A DNA stretch of 32,000 nucleotides from positions 2,220,001 to 2,252,000 of the forward strand of contig NC_011979.1 in NCBI RefSeq assembly GCF_000022265.1. Direction: 5' to 3'. How positions within the stretch are numbered: the first letter of the stretch is position 1; every line of letters begins with the position of its first letter. Position numbers and translations under genes: made by a program. The notes below the pieces were generated by a model. The model had not been told where the DNA came from, did not search any database, and saw nothing but the letters and a program-made list of their open reading frames with translations. The DNA comes from Geotalea daltonii FRC-32 (GTDB lineage Bacteria > Desulfobacterota > Desulfuromonadia > Geobacterales > Geobacteraceae). Of the stretch, positions 8,988 to 17,211 are shown piece after piece.

Positions 8988-10205
8988 ATGAAAGCAGGAG
9001 TTGCAGCAGTGGCACTTTTAACCGCCGCTCTTATGAGCCAGGGGGCAATGGCCAAGACACTGGAGGATGTGCTCAAGGAAAAAGGCGTTATTACCGAGGA
9101 AGACTACAAGGCCGTGACCAAGAGCAAGCCCCTGGATTACAAGCTTGGGAAGGGGTTCACCTTTAATTCCCCGGATGAAAAATTCCAGATGTCCCTGGGA
9201 GCCCGCCTCCAGAGCCGTTATACGTTTACCGACAGTGATGGCGGCCAGAATACTTCCGAATTCAGGGTCCGCCGGATGAAGCTGTTCATGAACGGCTATG
9301 CCTACAGCAAAGACCTCACCTACAAGCTTCAGGTGAATTTTGCCGATTCGGGAAAGCTTCTTGAGGATGCCTGGCTCAATTACCGGCTCATGGACGAGGC
9401 ACAGTTTCTGGTCGGACAGGAAAAAGTCCAGTTCGCCCGTCAGGAAATCACCTCTTCCGGCTCCCAGCAGTTCGTCGACCGCTCCAATGCCACCGATACC
9501 TTCAAGATGGGACGCGATACCGGGCTCATGGTCCACGGCAAGATTGCCAAAGGGATATTCAACTACAACCTGGGCGTTTACGGCGGGGTAGGTCAGAACA
9601 CCCAGCGCAAATTCACCAACAACGCCTTTGCGGCAAGGGTCGCCGTCAACCCTTTCGGCGACATGGCCTATTCTGAAGGGGATCTGGACAATAGCCAGAA
9701 ACCGCTCCTGTCCATCGGCGCCGGCTACTTCATGGATACCCTGGCAAAAACCAGCGCCACAGCCCTGGAGAGCAACAACCTGACCTTTGCCGGGTCCAAC
9801 GGCTGGCTGGGTAAAGGATTGAGCAAATTCGGCACTGAAAAGATCGATACCAACAGCGTCGGCATCGATGCCGCTTTCAAATGGATGGGCTTCTCCGCTC
9901 AGGGTGAATACTTCCTCGGCCATGCAAACGGCCAGGATACTGATAAGACCCTCCGCGCCCACGGTTTCTATGCCCAGGCCGGCTATTTCATCATTCCCAA
10001 ACATCTGGAAGTGGCAGCCCGTTACTCCTTTGTGGACCCTGACCGGGACAAGGCCAACAACATTCAGACGGAAACCGCCGGGGCCGTTTCCTACTACTTC
10101 AACAAGCACAACCTGAAGCTGCAGGCTGATGTGACCAATATTCACAAACAGCCGGCTCGTTCAGACGACATGCAGTACCGTTTGCAGGCACAGATTATCT
10201 TCTAA
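8988..10205 (+). CDS. phosphate-selective porin O/P family outer-membrane protein
   Basis: Start at 8988 behind AGGAGGAG. Signal peptide MKAGVAAVALLTAALMSQGAMA. OprO/P-like strands (FQMSLGARLQSRYTF, EFRVRRMKLFMNGY, LEDAWLNYRL, FLVGQEKVQFARQE) and a C-terminal aromatic residue (QAQIIF). Confidence 0.75.
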   Translation: MKAGVAAVALLTAALMSQGAMAKTLEDVLKEKGVITEEDYKAVTKSKPLDYKLGKGFTFNSPDEKFQMSLGARLQSRYTFTDSDGGQNTSEFRVRRMKLFMNGYAYSKDLTYKLQVNFADSGKLLEDAWLNYRLMDEAQFLVGQEKVQFARQEITSSGSQQFVDRSNATDTFKMGRDTGLMVHGKIAKGIFNYNLGVYGGVGQNTQRKFTNNAFAARVAVNPFGDMAYSEGDLDNSQKPLLSIGAGYFMDTLAKTSATALESNNLTFAGSNGWLGKGLSKFGTEKIDTNSVGIDAAFKWMGFSAQGEYFLGHANGQDTDKTLRAHGFYAQAGYFIIPKHLEVAARYSFVDPDRDKANNIQTETAGAVSYYFNKHNLKLQADVTNIHKQPARSDDMQYRLQAQIIF

Positions 10206-10244
10206 TCAGGCTGCCCAGCTTGATAAGCCTCCTTCATTGTTATC

Positions 10245-10272
10245 GGCCCGCCTCCCGGCGGGCTTTTTTTTA
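10245..10272 (+). terminator. rho-independent terminator after the porin gene
   Basis: GCCCGCC TCCC GGCGGGC (10246-10263) followed by a run of 9 T. Confidence 0.8.
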
Positions 10273-10306
10273 TTTCGTCACAGCTCCCGAAGCCATGAGG
10301 ACCTGT

Positions 10307-10361
10307 TTTTACCAATCATTAACCTTTTTGTAACACCACCGGCATATTCCTTGGCTACCCT
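10307..10361 (+). promoter_or_regulatory. Pho-box-like array plus -10 for the Zn-ribbon ORF / pstS unit
   Basis: TTTTACC AATC ATTAACC TTTT TGTAACA CCAC CGGCATA, then 9 nt and TACCCT (10356-10361). Confidence 0.5.
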
Positions 10362-10394
10362 GTAGGAAAAGAAAAGGACAAAAGGAGAACGAAA

Positions 10395-10589
10395 ATGCAA
10401 TTAACGCCAATGGGAGACTACTACGTCTGGTACTGTGAGTGGTGCGACTCGCGCAACATGACATTGTGGACAAGAATGGACAGCAAGGAAGTTTCATGTG
10501 GTTGCTGTCACCGCAGCTTTCCCCTTTCTGCCGAACCCCCATCGAAAAAAAGCACCGGGTTTGCCGCAGCTCAAGCCAACCTTCACTAA
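10395..10589 (+). CDS. small Cys-rich protein (64 aa), Zn-ribbon-like CxxC...CxCC
   Basis: AAGGAGAA RBS 5 nt upstream of the ATG. Cys pairs CEWC and CGCC are 20 residues apart. The ORF lies between the Pho-box-like promoter and pstS, and its stop is 15 nt before the pstS ATG. Confidence 0.5.
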   Translation: MQLTPMGDYYVWYCEWCDSRNMTLWTRMDSKEVSCGCCHRSFPLSAEPPSKKSTGFAAAQANLH

Positions 10590-10604
10590 GAGGAACATTT
10601 GCTG

Positions 10605-11636
10605 ATGATCAACAAAATGAAAAAATATATGGCAATACTGGCAGCGGTAGCCGTGACGCTTTCAGCCGGGCAGTCCTTTGCCGAGACGGTACTCAAGGGG
10701 GCAGGAGCAACCTTTCCGTATCCTCTGTACAGTAAGTGGTTCAGGGATTACACCCTGGTTGATCCGGTCGTGGCATTTACCTATGATGCCATCGGCAGCA
10801 GCGGGGGGGTAAAGCAAATCATGGCGCAGGCGGTGAATTTCGGCGCAAGCGACCGCTTTCTCACGGATGAGGAGCTGGCAGCCGCCCCGGGAAAACTCCT
10901 GCAGATCCCGACAGTAATGGGGGCAGTAGTGCTGAGTTACAATATCCCGGGCCTGCATTCGGAACTGAAACTTACCCCGGAGGCCGTCAGTGCCATTTAT
11001 CTGGGTGAAATCAGCCGCTGGAACGATTCCCGGCTGGTAGCTCTGAACAAAGAGCTGAAGACCATCGATCAGAAAATCATTGTTGTCCACCGCAGTGACG
11101 GCAGCGGCACCACCAGCATCTTTACCGATTACCTTTCCAGTGTCAGCAGCGAATGGGCCGGAAAGGTAGGCAAGGGTAACACCGTCCAATGGCCGGTCGG
11201 CATAGGGGGCAAGGGGAGCAAAGAGATGGTCGAGCACATCAGAACGGTGCCCTTTTCCATCGCCTACATGGAAAATGCTTATACCATGGTCAATAATCTC
11301 CCCACAGCCGTGCTGAAAAACAAGACCGGCCGCTTTGTCAACCCGACCATGCGCTCCATCAGGGCAGCGGCGGTTGATGCCATAAAACATGTGAAGAATG
11401 ATTACCGCGTATCACTGGTAAACCAGGCGGGCAAAGACGCCTATCCCATAGTCGGACTGACCTGGCTGCTTGTCTATCAGGAACAGAAAGACCCGGTGAA
11501 GGGAAAGGCGCTTGTGGAGTTTTTGAACTGGGAGTTGAAGAAGGCAGAAAAAATGACCTCGACGCTTTTTTACACGCCCCTTCCCGAAAAGCTGGGCAGT
11601 ATGGTAAACCAGGTGATCCGGAGCATCCGTTACTGA
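10605..11636 (+). CDS. pstS: phosphate ABC transporter substrate-binding protein PstS (copy 1)
   Basis: Signal peptide ...AVAVTLSAGQSFA, then GAGATFPYPLYSKWF, VVHRSDGSGTT and other typical PstS motifs. I preferred ATG 10605 (AAGAGGAA 9 nt upstream); the track start at 10599 is a TTG. Confidence 0.92.
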   Translation: MINKMKKYMAILAAVAVTLSAGQSFAETVLKGAGATFPYPLYSKWFRDYTLVDPVVAFTYDAIGSSGGVKQIMAQAVNFGASDRFLTDEELAAAPGKLLQIPTVMGAVVLSYNIPGLHSELKLTPEAVSAIYLGEISRWNDSRLVALNKELKTIDQKIIVVHRSDGSGTTSIFTDYLSSVSSEWAGKVGKGNTVQWPVGIGGKGSKEMVEHIRTVPFSIAYMENAYTMVNNLPTAVLKNKTGRFVNPTMRSIRAAAVDAIKHVKNDYRVSLVNQAGKDAYPIVGLTWLLVYQEQKDPVKGKALVEFLNWELKKAEKMTSTLFYTPLPEKLGSMVNQVIRSIRY

Positions 11637-11659
11637 AGGATATCCATTTTTTACCTAAT

Positions 11660-11694
11660 AAAAAAAGCCATTTCCTTGCGGAGATGGCTTTTTT
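11660..11694. terminator. bidirectional rho-independent terminator between convergent pstS and the GH3 gene
   Basis: An A-run, then AGCCATTTCC TTGC GGAGATGGCT (10 bp, one G-U pair on the plus transcript), then a T-run. Confidence 0.7.
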
Positions 11695-11712
11695 AATGCA
11701 ATTTCTTCGCGA

Positions 11713-13287
11713 TCAGCCCTGCTTGCTGAACTCGACCAGGCTCCTCACCAGTTCTCCCTCCAGCGTCGGGTCAATATGGGGAATCTTGCTTTGGCCGCCG
11801 AGCTTGCCCCGCACCTCTTTCGACCACCGATAGATCAGTCCTGCCTCAACCTGGATAACGACCGGCTCCTTGATCCTGCCTTGACTGCGAAAGGTGGCAT
11901 AGTCGTCGTTTTGGGCGGTCAATGCCTTGTCAAGCCGGTCTGCCAGGTTAATGCCGCTCACATTTCCATTCCCAACCGCCAATACCCAAAGGTGGCGTCT
12001 CTCCGCAATTTGAGGGCCGACCATGAATTCGCGGATGTCCGCTCCTGAATGGCCGTTAAGTCCGGCGACGGCAGCTTCAACTTCCCCTTGGGTCACCTTC
12101 TCTTCAAAGCGGTCGAGGAATTTGTCACGGCCGGTGAATTCAATGAACAAGGGATCGCGAGCAGTGAAGCGGATGGTATCGCCGATGTGGTAGCGCCAGA
12201 GGCCGGCACAGGTGGAAAGTATTACGGCATAGCGCCGGCCTGTTTCTATTTCTGCCAACGGTACTGCAGCCACATCGGCCGGCGGGATGCCGCGGTCATT
12301 CAGATGTTCGAAGGGAACAAATTCAAAAAAGGCACCGTAGTATGGGGCCAGCCGCATTTGGGGGTCGCCGTGCACCTGGAAGGCCATGAAGGCTTCCGAG
12401 GATGGCAGAACCTCCAGGAAGTGGGGAGGGTGTTCCTGGAACAGGTCGGCAAATTCGTGCCGGTAGGGGGAAATGCTGGTACCGCCATGAATGATCAGCT
12501 CCAGGTTTGGCAGCAAGCTTGGGAGCGGCGCCTTTCCCAGCTCTGTACAACGCTTCAATAGGAGCAGAATCCATGGGGGGACGCCGGAGATGGCCCTGAT
12601 GTTCCTGTCCCTGAGAAGCAGGTGGGCCAGGCGCTCCAGTTTCTCTTCCCAGGGGAGGGCGGCGGTGGCTGCGTCGGGTGCTATGAACGGATTAAGATAT
12701 AAAGGGGGATGGCTCAGGGTGATGGCGCTCATGTCGCCGCTTTTGATGCCATTCCCCATGTCATTCAGCTGGGTATTGCCGGCCATGTAGAGCAGTTTCC
12801 CACTGAAGAGGCGGCTGTCCCGGTTCTGATGCAGGTACATGGCCGTCAGGTCCAGGGCTGCCCGCCGGTTGGCGGCAAACATCTCCATGGAAAAGGGAAC
12901 ATACTTGCTCGGCGCGGTGGTGCCGGAGGTTTCGCAGAAAAAGGGAATCTTTCCCGGCCAGGTCTGGTCTTTCAGCAGCAGTTGCCGTCGCCCTTCCTGC
13001 ACCTGCCAGCCCTTGGCCAGATAGTCTTTGCGGAAATCGTCATAGGTTCTGATCGGGACCCTCTCCCGATAAAGGGGATAAGCCTGGGCAAAGGGAAGGC
13101 GTGTAAGTTCCGTAAACCCGTAGTCCATGCCGAAGCGGGCTTTACTGCCGCGAACAAGCAGGTGGGAAAATATTTTTTCCTGGGCTGCCACAGGATCGCG
13201 TTTGAGGAATTTCCTCGCCGCTATGGAGGCTCCGGATTTGAGAATTTTATCAAAAATGGGATTAGCAAGGTAGCTGGAAATTTCCAT
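11713..13287 (-). CDS. GH3-family acyl-acid amido synthetase-like adenylating enzyme (524 aa)
   Basis: The three GH3/ANL motifs are readable: ETSGTTAPSK (P-loop-like), LPSSEAF and LWRYHIGD. The ATG is 2 nt after the upstream gene's stop. Confidence 0.65.
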   Translation of the reverse strand: MEISSYLANPIFDKILKSGASIAARKFLKRDPVAAQEKIFSHLLVRGSKARFGMDYGFTELTRLPFAQAYPLYRERVPIRTYDDFRKDYLAKGWQVQEGRRQLLLKDQTWPGKIPFFCETSGTTAPSKYVPFSMEMFAANRRAALDLTAMYLHQNRDSRLFSGKLLYMAGNTQLNDMGNGIKSGDMSAITLSHPPLYLNPFIAPDAATAALPWEEKLERLAHLLLRDRNIRAISGVPPWILLLLKRCTELGKAPLPSLLPNLELIIHGGTSISPYRHEFADLFQEHPPHFLEVLPSSEAFMAFQVHGDPQMRLAPYYGAFFEFVPFEHLNDRGIPPADVAAVPLAEIETGRRYAVILSTCAGLWRYHIGDTIRFTARDPLFIEFTGRDKFLDRFEEKVTQGEVEAAVAGLNGHSGADIREFMVGPQIAERRHLWVLAVGNGNVSGINLADRLDKALTAQNDDYATFRSQGRIKEPVVIQVEAGLIYRWSKEVRGKLGGQSKIPHIDPTLEGELVRSLVEFSKQG

Positions 13288-13289
13288 AT

Positions 13290-14372
13290 CTAGACCACCG
13301 CAAACAGCACTGGCGCAACCAGCTTGTCATACCAGGCCTTTATGATGGGATTATAGTGCAAATGGTGAAATATGAGCGAGGCATGGGCGACGCTATCTCC
13401 TGCAGAACCGGAACAGACAACCCGTACCTTGCCCCGTGGGAACAGTTGTCTGCATGTATCGGGGGTACGCAGTGCTGCCATGGTTGGCGAAGTCGGGACT
13501 AGCAGGTCGCCTTCCTGTTCAGCCAGAAGTGTCAATGCCGGGCCGTTGAAAATGGGCCGATGGGGGAGGGGCCTGGAAAATCCTTTGAGCGCCAATACCC
13601 GCTGGTAGCCCCCGGCAGCCGAAGTCCTCTCAATGACATCCATGATTTTTTTCCTGATGGTCAGGTGCCGGCCGGATAACTGCCGGTTTTCCGCACCTGC
13701 TTCGAAGAGTGCCTTGAAACAGCGGCGGGCGCGGTCAATCTGCCTGTTTACGTCTTCTTCGGCGGATGGATCGGCCTTGAGAATCCGTTTCAGATTGATC
13801 TCAAGCATCCGGACGCCGCCTGATTTATCCCGTTCCGGCCTGATCAGGTCCTCGGTGCAGAGCACCGGGCTGGCCATCACTATGCCTTTGATGCCAAGTT
13901 TTTCGGGTTCCATCCATTCCTGGAGAAACCGTGCCAGAAGGCCCGAGCCGAAACTGACGCTGAAGATGACCGGCTTGTTGCCGTGGTTGTTTATATCTTC
14001 GATGAGATCGGCCAGCTGGGCAAAGAATAATTCTGACGTGAACCCGTTGCGCGGATAGTTCATATAATAAATGCTGCCGTATTGCCTGAAGAGATCCCGC
14101 TGGAATTCGACCAGCTCGGTGGCGTCGGGGACGAAACCGCCGATAACGATGGTGGGGGTGCTGCCATATCCCTTTTCCTTGAAGATTTGAGAACGATTGG
14201 CAAGGATGCTGGCAACGCTGTCCCTGAGCTGGAATTCCCGTCGCCGGTTCCGTGGGGTGAAGGGCTTTAGAGCCATGTGCCGGAGCAAACCGGTGGCAGT
14301 TGTCACCGCTCCCAGCAGGGCGGGATGCCTGGTGAAATTTTTCCGGACAAAGGGGATGACTGATCCGTTCAT
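13290..14372 (-). CDS. hypothetical protein, possible alpha/beta-hydrolase fold (360 aa)
   Basis: GGGAGGAA RBS. Nucleophile-elbow-like FSVSFGSG after a beta-strand (KPVIFSV). No other family signature recognised. Confidence 0.4.
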   Translation of the reverse strand: MNGSVIPFVRKNFTRHPALLGAVTTATGLLRHMALKPFTPRNRRREFQLRDSVASILANRSQIFKEKGYGSTPTIVIGGFVPDATELVEFQRDLFRQYGSIYYMNYPRNGFTSELFFAQLADLIEDINNHGNKPVIFSVSFGSGLLARFLQEWMEPEKLGIKGIVMASPVLCTEDLIRPERDKSGGVRMLEINLKRILKADPSAEEDVNRQIDRARRCFKALFEAGAENRQLSGRHLTIRKKIMDVIERTSAAGGYQRVLALKGFSRPLPHRPIFNGPALTLLAEQEGDLLVPTSPTMAALRTPDTCRQLFPRGKVRVVCSGSAGDSVAHASLIFHHLHYNPIIKAWYDKLVAPVLFAVV

Positions 14373-14441
14373 AATGTTCCTCCCTAGGGGTTTGCACCAT
14401 TATGAACGGGAATGGTTACGGACGTGTTGCGGTTCGGGAAA

Positions 14442-15716
14442 TTATCTGTGGAGAATGGAACTGCAGGAGACAGGTGCGTTGGAAGGTCTTGCCAGCAGGT
14501 ATCCCTGGCCGAAAGATACCCCCATTTGCGTAAGGAGGTCTAATTCCTCCTTGCGTTCTATGCCCTCGGCGATGACCTTTGCTCCTATCTTGCCGCAAAA
14601 GGTCACCAGCGCCTCCACCAAAGCCTGCCTGGTTGCCGAGGTGTCGATGTCACTGACCAGGAAACGGGCCAGCTTCACGTATTCCGGCTCCAGCTGGGCG
14701 AGCATTTTCAGGCCGGCATAACCGGAACCCAGGTCGTCTATGGCAATGGAATAGCCCTGTTCCCGGTAATAGGAAAGGACCCGGTTGAAGAGGCCATAAT
14801 CTTCGATCAGTGTCCGTTCCGTAAGCTCAAAGGTGATGTTCGATCGCTCGATGCCCAGTTCTTCAAGGAGTGCAGCGGTGACGCCCCGTTCGTGATCGTT
14901 GGCCTGGAGGAGGCTCGGGCAGACGTTGAGGAAAAGTCGTTCGGAGATGCCCAACTCCTTTGACCGGATCAGCGCATTCCTGCGGCAGAGCATTTCCAGC
15001 TGAAAGGTAAGTCCATGTTCAGCGGACTTGGCAAAGAGCAATTCCGGATCGGAAAAGGGGCTGGGTCTGCCGACGCGGCTCAGTGCTTCGTAGCCATGGA
15101 CGGTGCCTTCACCCAGGGAAAAGATGGGTTGAAAGACAGGAGTTATCAAGCCACCGGAGATAATATCTTCAATTTCCTGTCGCTCATGGAGATGTACCGG
15201 ACTTATGGACGTAGAGCCGCTGAACAGCTGCTGGAATGCGCGAAACAAGGTGTTGTCTGCGTTTTCCCCGCTATTATTGGCAAGAAATACACCGTAGATG
15301 GTGAACAGATCTTCTGCCCGTCTCTCGCTAAAGTTCCTGCTCATGTGCGGCAGGGAGAAATAACGGCACAGCTCGTGGCGGATGGTTGCCAGGTCCCCTT
15401 GAAAATCACTTTCACGGTAATCCCTGTCCGGCACGATGAGCAGGAAAAATTCTCCTTCGCTGGCTTTGTATCCCCCTTCGATGCGACCTGACAGCTTTCT
15501 GTCCATGGTTCTGATAAAAAGGGCAATGGACTTGCCAATCTTTGCATGAACCGGTTCTACGAATTTGAGGGCGACAATGGCCGCATGACCGCTTCTTTTA
15601 AGATGTTCCTTGAATTTCAGAAACAGGTAGCTGCAGTCGGAGAAGGAGTTTTCCAGCCTGGGAATGCGCCGCTGGTCCGGGGCAAGGTAAAGGGGTTTCA
15701 GTTGCAGATTGTTCAT
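14442..15716 (-). CDS. degenerate-GGDEF / EAL domain protein (predicted c-di-GMP phosphodiesterase)
   Basis: EAL-domain residues are present: YEALSR, FLNVCP, ELTE, DDLGSGYAGL, KLARF, EGIE, QGYL. The N-terminal half is GGDEF-like with SEGEF in place of GG(D/E)EF. I chose the start at 15716 (MNNLQL) because AAGGAGG lies 4 nt upstream; the track start at 15752 is an alternative. Confidence 0.85.
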   Translation of the reverse strand: MNNLQLKPLYLAPDQRRIPRLENSFSDCSYLFLKFKEHLKRSGHAAIVALKFVEPVHAKIGKSIALFIRTMDRKLSGRIEGGYKASEGEFFLLIVPDRDYRESDFQGDLATIRHELCRYFSLPHMSRNFSERRAEDLFTIYGVFLANNSGENADNTLFRAFQQLFSGSTSISPVHLHERQEIEDIISGGLITPVFQPIFSLGEGTVHGYEALSRVGRPSPFSDPELLFAKSAEHGLTFQLEMLCRRNALIRSKELGISERLFLNVCPSLLQANDHERGVTAALLEELGIERSNITFELTERTLIEDYGLFNRVLSYYREQGYSIAIDDLGSGYAGLKMLAQLEPEYVKLARFLVSDIDTSATRQALVEALVTFCGKIGAKVIAEGIERKEELDLLTQMGVSFGQGYLLARPSNAPVSCSSILHR

Positions 15717-15744
15717 GGGTCCTCCTTGGCTTTTGGCCAGGTCG

Positions 15745-15891
15745 TCAATCATTGAGCAGTGCAGCCAGTTCGCTGCCGTAGTGGCGGATGTTGGCTTCGC
15801 GGTAGGAATCCCGCAGCTCCCTCAGCTTGTCTATCTGCCGGTCCAGTTCCGAAAAATCCACACCAAGAAATCTGAAAATAAATGATTTCAC
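15745..15891 (-). CDS. 48-aa micro-ORF with GTG start
   Basis: Below the ORF-track size cut-off. The minus strand reads AAAAGGAGGAACT GTG AAA TCA ..., translating to MKSFIFRFLGVDFSELDRQIDKLRELRDSYREANIRHYGSELAALLND*. It fills the gap between the STAS gene and the EAL gene. Confidence 0.4.
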   Translation of the reverse strand: MKSFIFRFLGVDFSELDRQIDKLRELRDSYREANIRHYGSELAALLND

Positions 15892-15910
15892 AGTTCCTCC
15901 TTTTAAGGCC

Positions 15911-16225
15911 TCAGTCTTTGGCTGCTGCCGCCAGCAGAAAAATGCCGGTCATCTTGAAGAGCATGGTGTTGGTTGCGTTAACTTGCAACACTTGTATCTC
16001 TGCCCGCTTCTCCTCTTTGATACGTTTGAAGCAACGCAGAAGCAGGGCTATGCCCATGGAGTTTATCCGCCCTGCATTGCCGAAGTCGAATTTTACCAGT
16101 TGCTGGTTCACCTTTGCCGGCAGCGCCATGAGCTGCGTCTCGGCCTGGGCGTCTATATTTCCTGCCAGTGAGAAATAATTGCACAGCACCTTGGGGTGGG
16201 GCACGATCTTGAATGATGCATCCAT
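15911..16225 (-). CDS. STAS-domain protein (anti-sigma-factor-antagonist type, 104 aa)
   Basis: SpoIIAA-like length and layout. A candidate phospho-Ser lies in GRINSMGIALLL (canonical DSSGL position). Start at 16225 (MDASFKIV) behind GGAGGAGAAAG. Confidence 0.7.
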   Translation of the reverse strand: MDASFKIVPHPKVLCNYFSLAGNIDAQAETQLMALPAKVNQQLVKFDFGNAGRINSMGIALLLRCFKRIKEEKRAEIQVLQVNATNTMLFKMTGIFLLAAAAKD

Positions 16226-16248
16226 TGTTCTTTCTCCTCCTTTTTTGT

Positions 16249-17211
16249 TCAACCGGTGGTTGTTATGTGAAAGCCATGTATGGTTTCCGGCGGGATCTGT
16301 GATGACTTTTTAAGATGTCCGCCGATCAAAGTCTCTTTGCCCGGATTTACGCAAACATGGAAATGATCCAGGAAACGCCAGATGATGAAAAGTCCTCTTC
16401 CACCTGCATCATCTGCCGCTCCCATGTCCGCCGAATTTTTTGCCAGATATTCAAGCACCATGTCGGCGCCGAGGCTGCCCCAGCCGTCTTTAATTTCCAT
16501 GGCCAGGGTTTCCCCATCAAAGGCGAAGCGGAAAACTATACCCTCGTCCGGCAGAATCTGTCTTCTTTCCCCCTTGCGGAAGATTTTCATACCGTCATCA
16601 CTCTTGGGAGCGCCGTAGAAAGCATTTTCCAGCATTTCATCCGCCAGCAGCGCACCCTTTTGGCGGAGCATCTCGTATTCCATCGAGTCTCCGACGATGG
16701 AATCCTCAAGTGCCTTGATGATCTGTTCCTTCTCTTCCGAAAATGAGAGTTGGAATTCTTGAATTTCTGTCCCCCTTTTCACATATTGGCCAAGGTGCCA
16801 CTGCCTTTTTAAGATGAGATTACCAATGGCGACGGACAGGGGCTGATCTCCATCGCCGGTCGCTGCCTTTTCCTGCCGATTTTCTATGATCAGATGCCGC
16901 ACCTGGTCGAGCATGAACCTTTCCAGTGAATGAGGCGGCATTGATGCCGGCGCAAGGACCAGTATCTCCAGCCCTGGGAAGTAACCGCGCAGTTCTTCCA
17001 CCAGCTGTGGCCTTTTCCCCGGATAGAGAGCACTTGAGATCACTGCCAGTCCGGGATCTATCCGGGCAGAGGCAATTTCGCCCAGGGTTACTTTGAGAAA
17101 GCGGTCGGCTATGACGCTGATAACTTCGGGGACATGGAAGAAACAGCTGCTCATGGCCTCAGCATCGGCATTGTCGGCGAAAAGCGCGAGAATGGTTTTA
17201 TTCTGCTGCAT
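16249..17211 (-). CDS. GHKL-ATPase protein of the anti-sigma-factor Ser-kinase type with a ~160-aa N-terminal extension
   Basis: The C-terminal ~140 aa carry an N-box EMLENAFYG, a G1-like IKDGWGSLG and a G2-like GGRGLFIIWRFL, comparable to SpoIIAB/RsbW. The N-terminus (KTILALFADNAD ... LEILVLAP) is loosely receiver-like. The ATG overlaps the PP2C gene's end by 14 nt. Confidence 0.55.
   Translation of the reverse strand: MQQNKTILALFADNADAEAMSSCFFHVPEVISVIADRFLKVTLGEIASARIDPGLAVISSALYPGKRPQLVEELRGYFPGLEILVLAPASMPPHSLERFMLDQVRHLIIENRQEKAATGDGDQPLSVAIGNLILKRQWHLGQYVKRGTEIQEFQLSFSEEKEQIIKALEDSIVGDSMEYEMLRQKGALLADEMLENAFYGAPKSDDGMKIFRKGERRQILPDEGIVFRFAFDGETLAMEIKDGWGSLGADMVLEYLAKNSADMGAADDAGGRGLFIIWRFLDHFHVCVNPGKETLIGGHLKKSSQIPPETIHGFHITTTG

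Noticed and set aside
6540-10145. Long antisense ORFs 6540-7631, 7606-8724 and 9018-10145 (363-375 aa)
   Set aside because: Each lies opposite a gene with unambiguous family signatures (miaA, S41 peptidase, porin). No start context is present and the translations are low-complexity.
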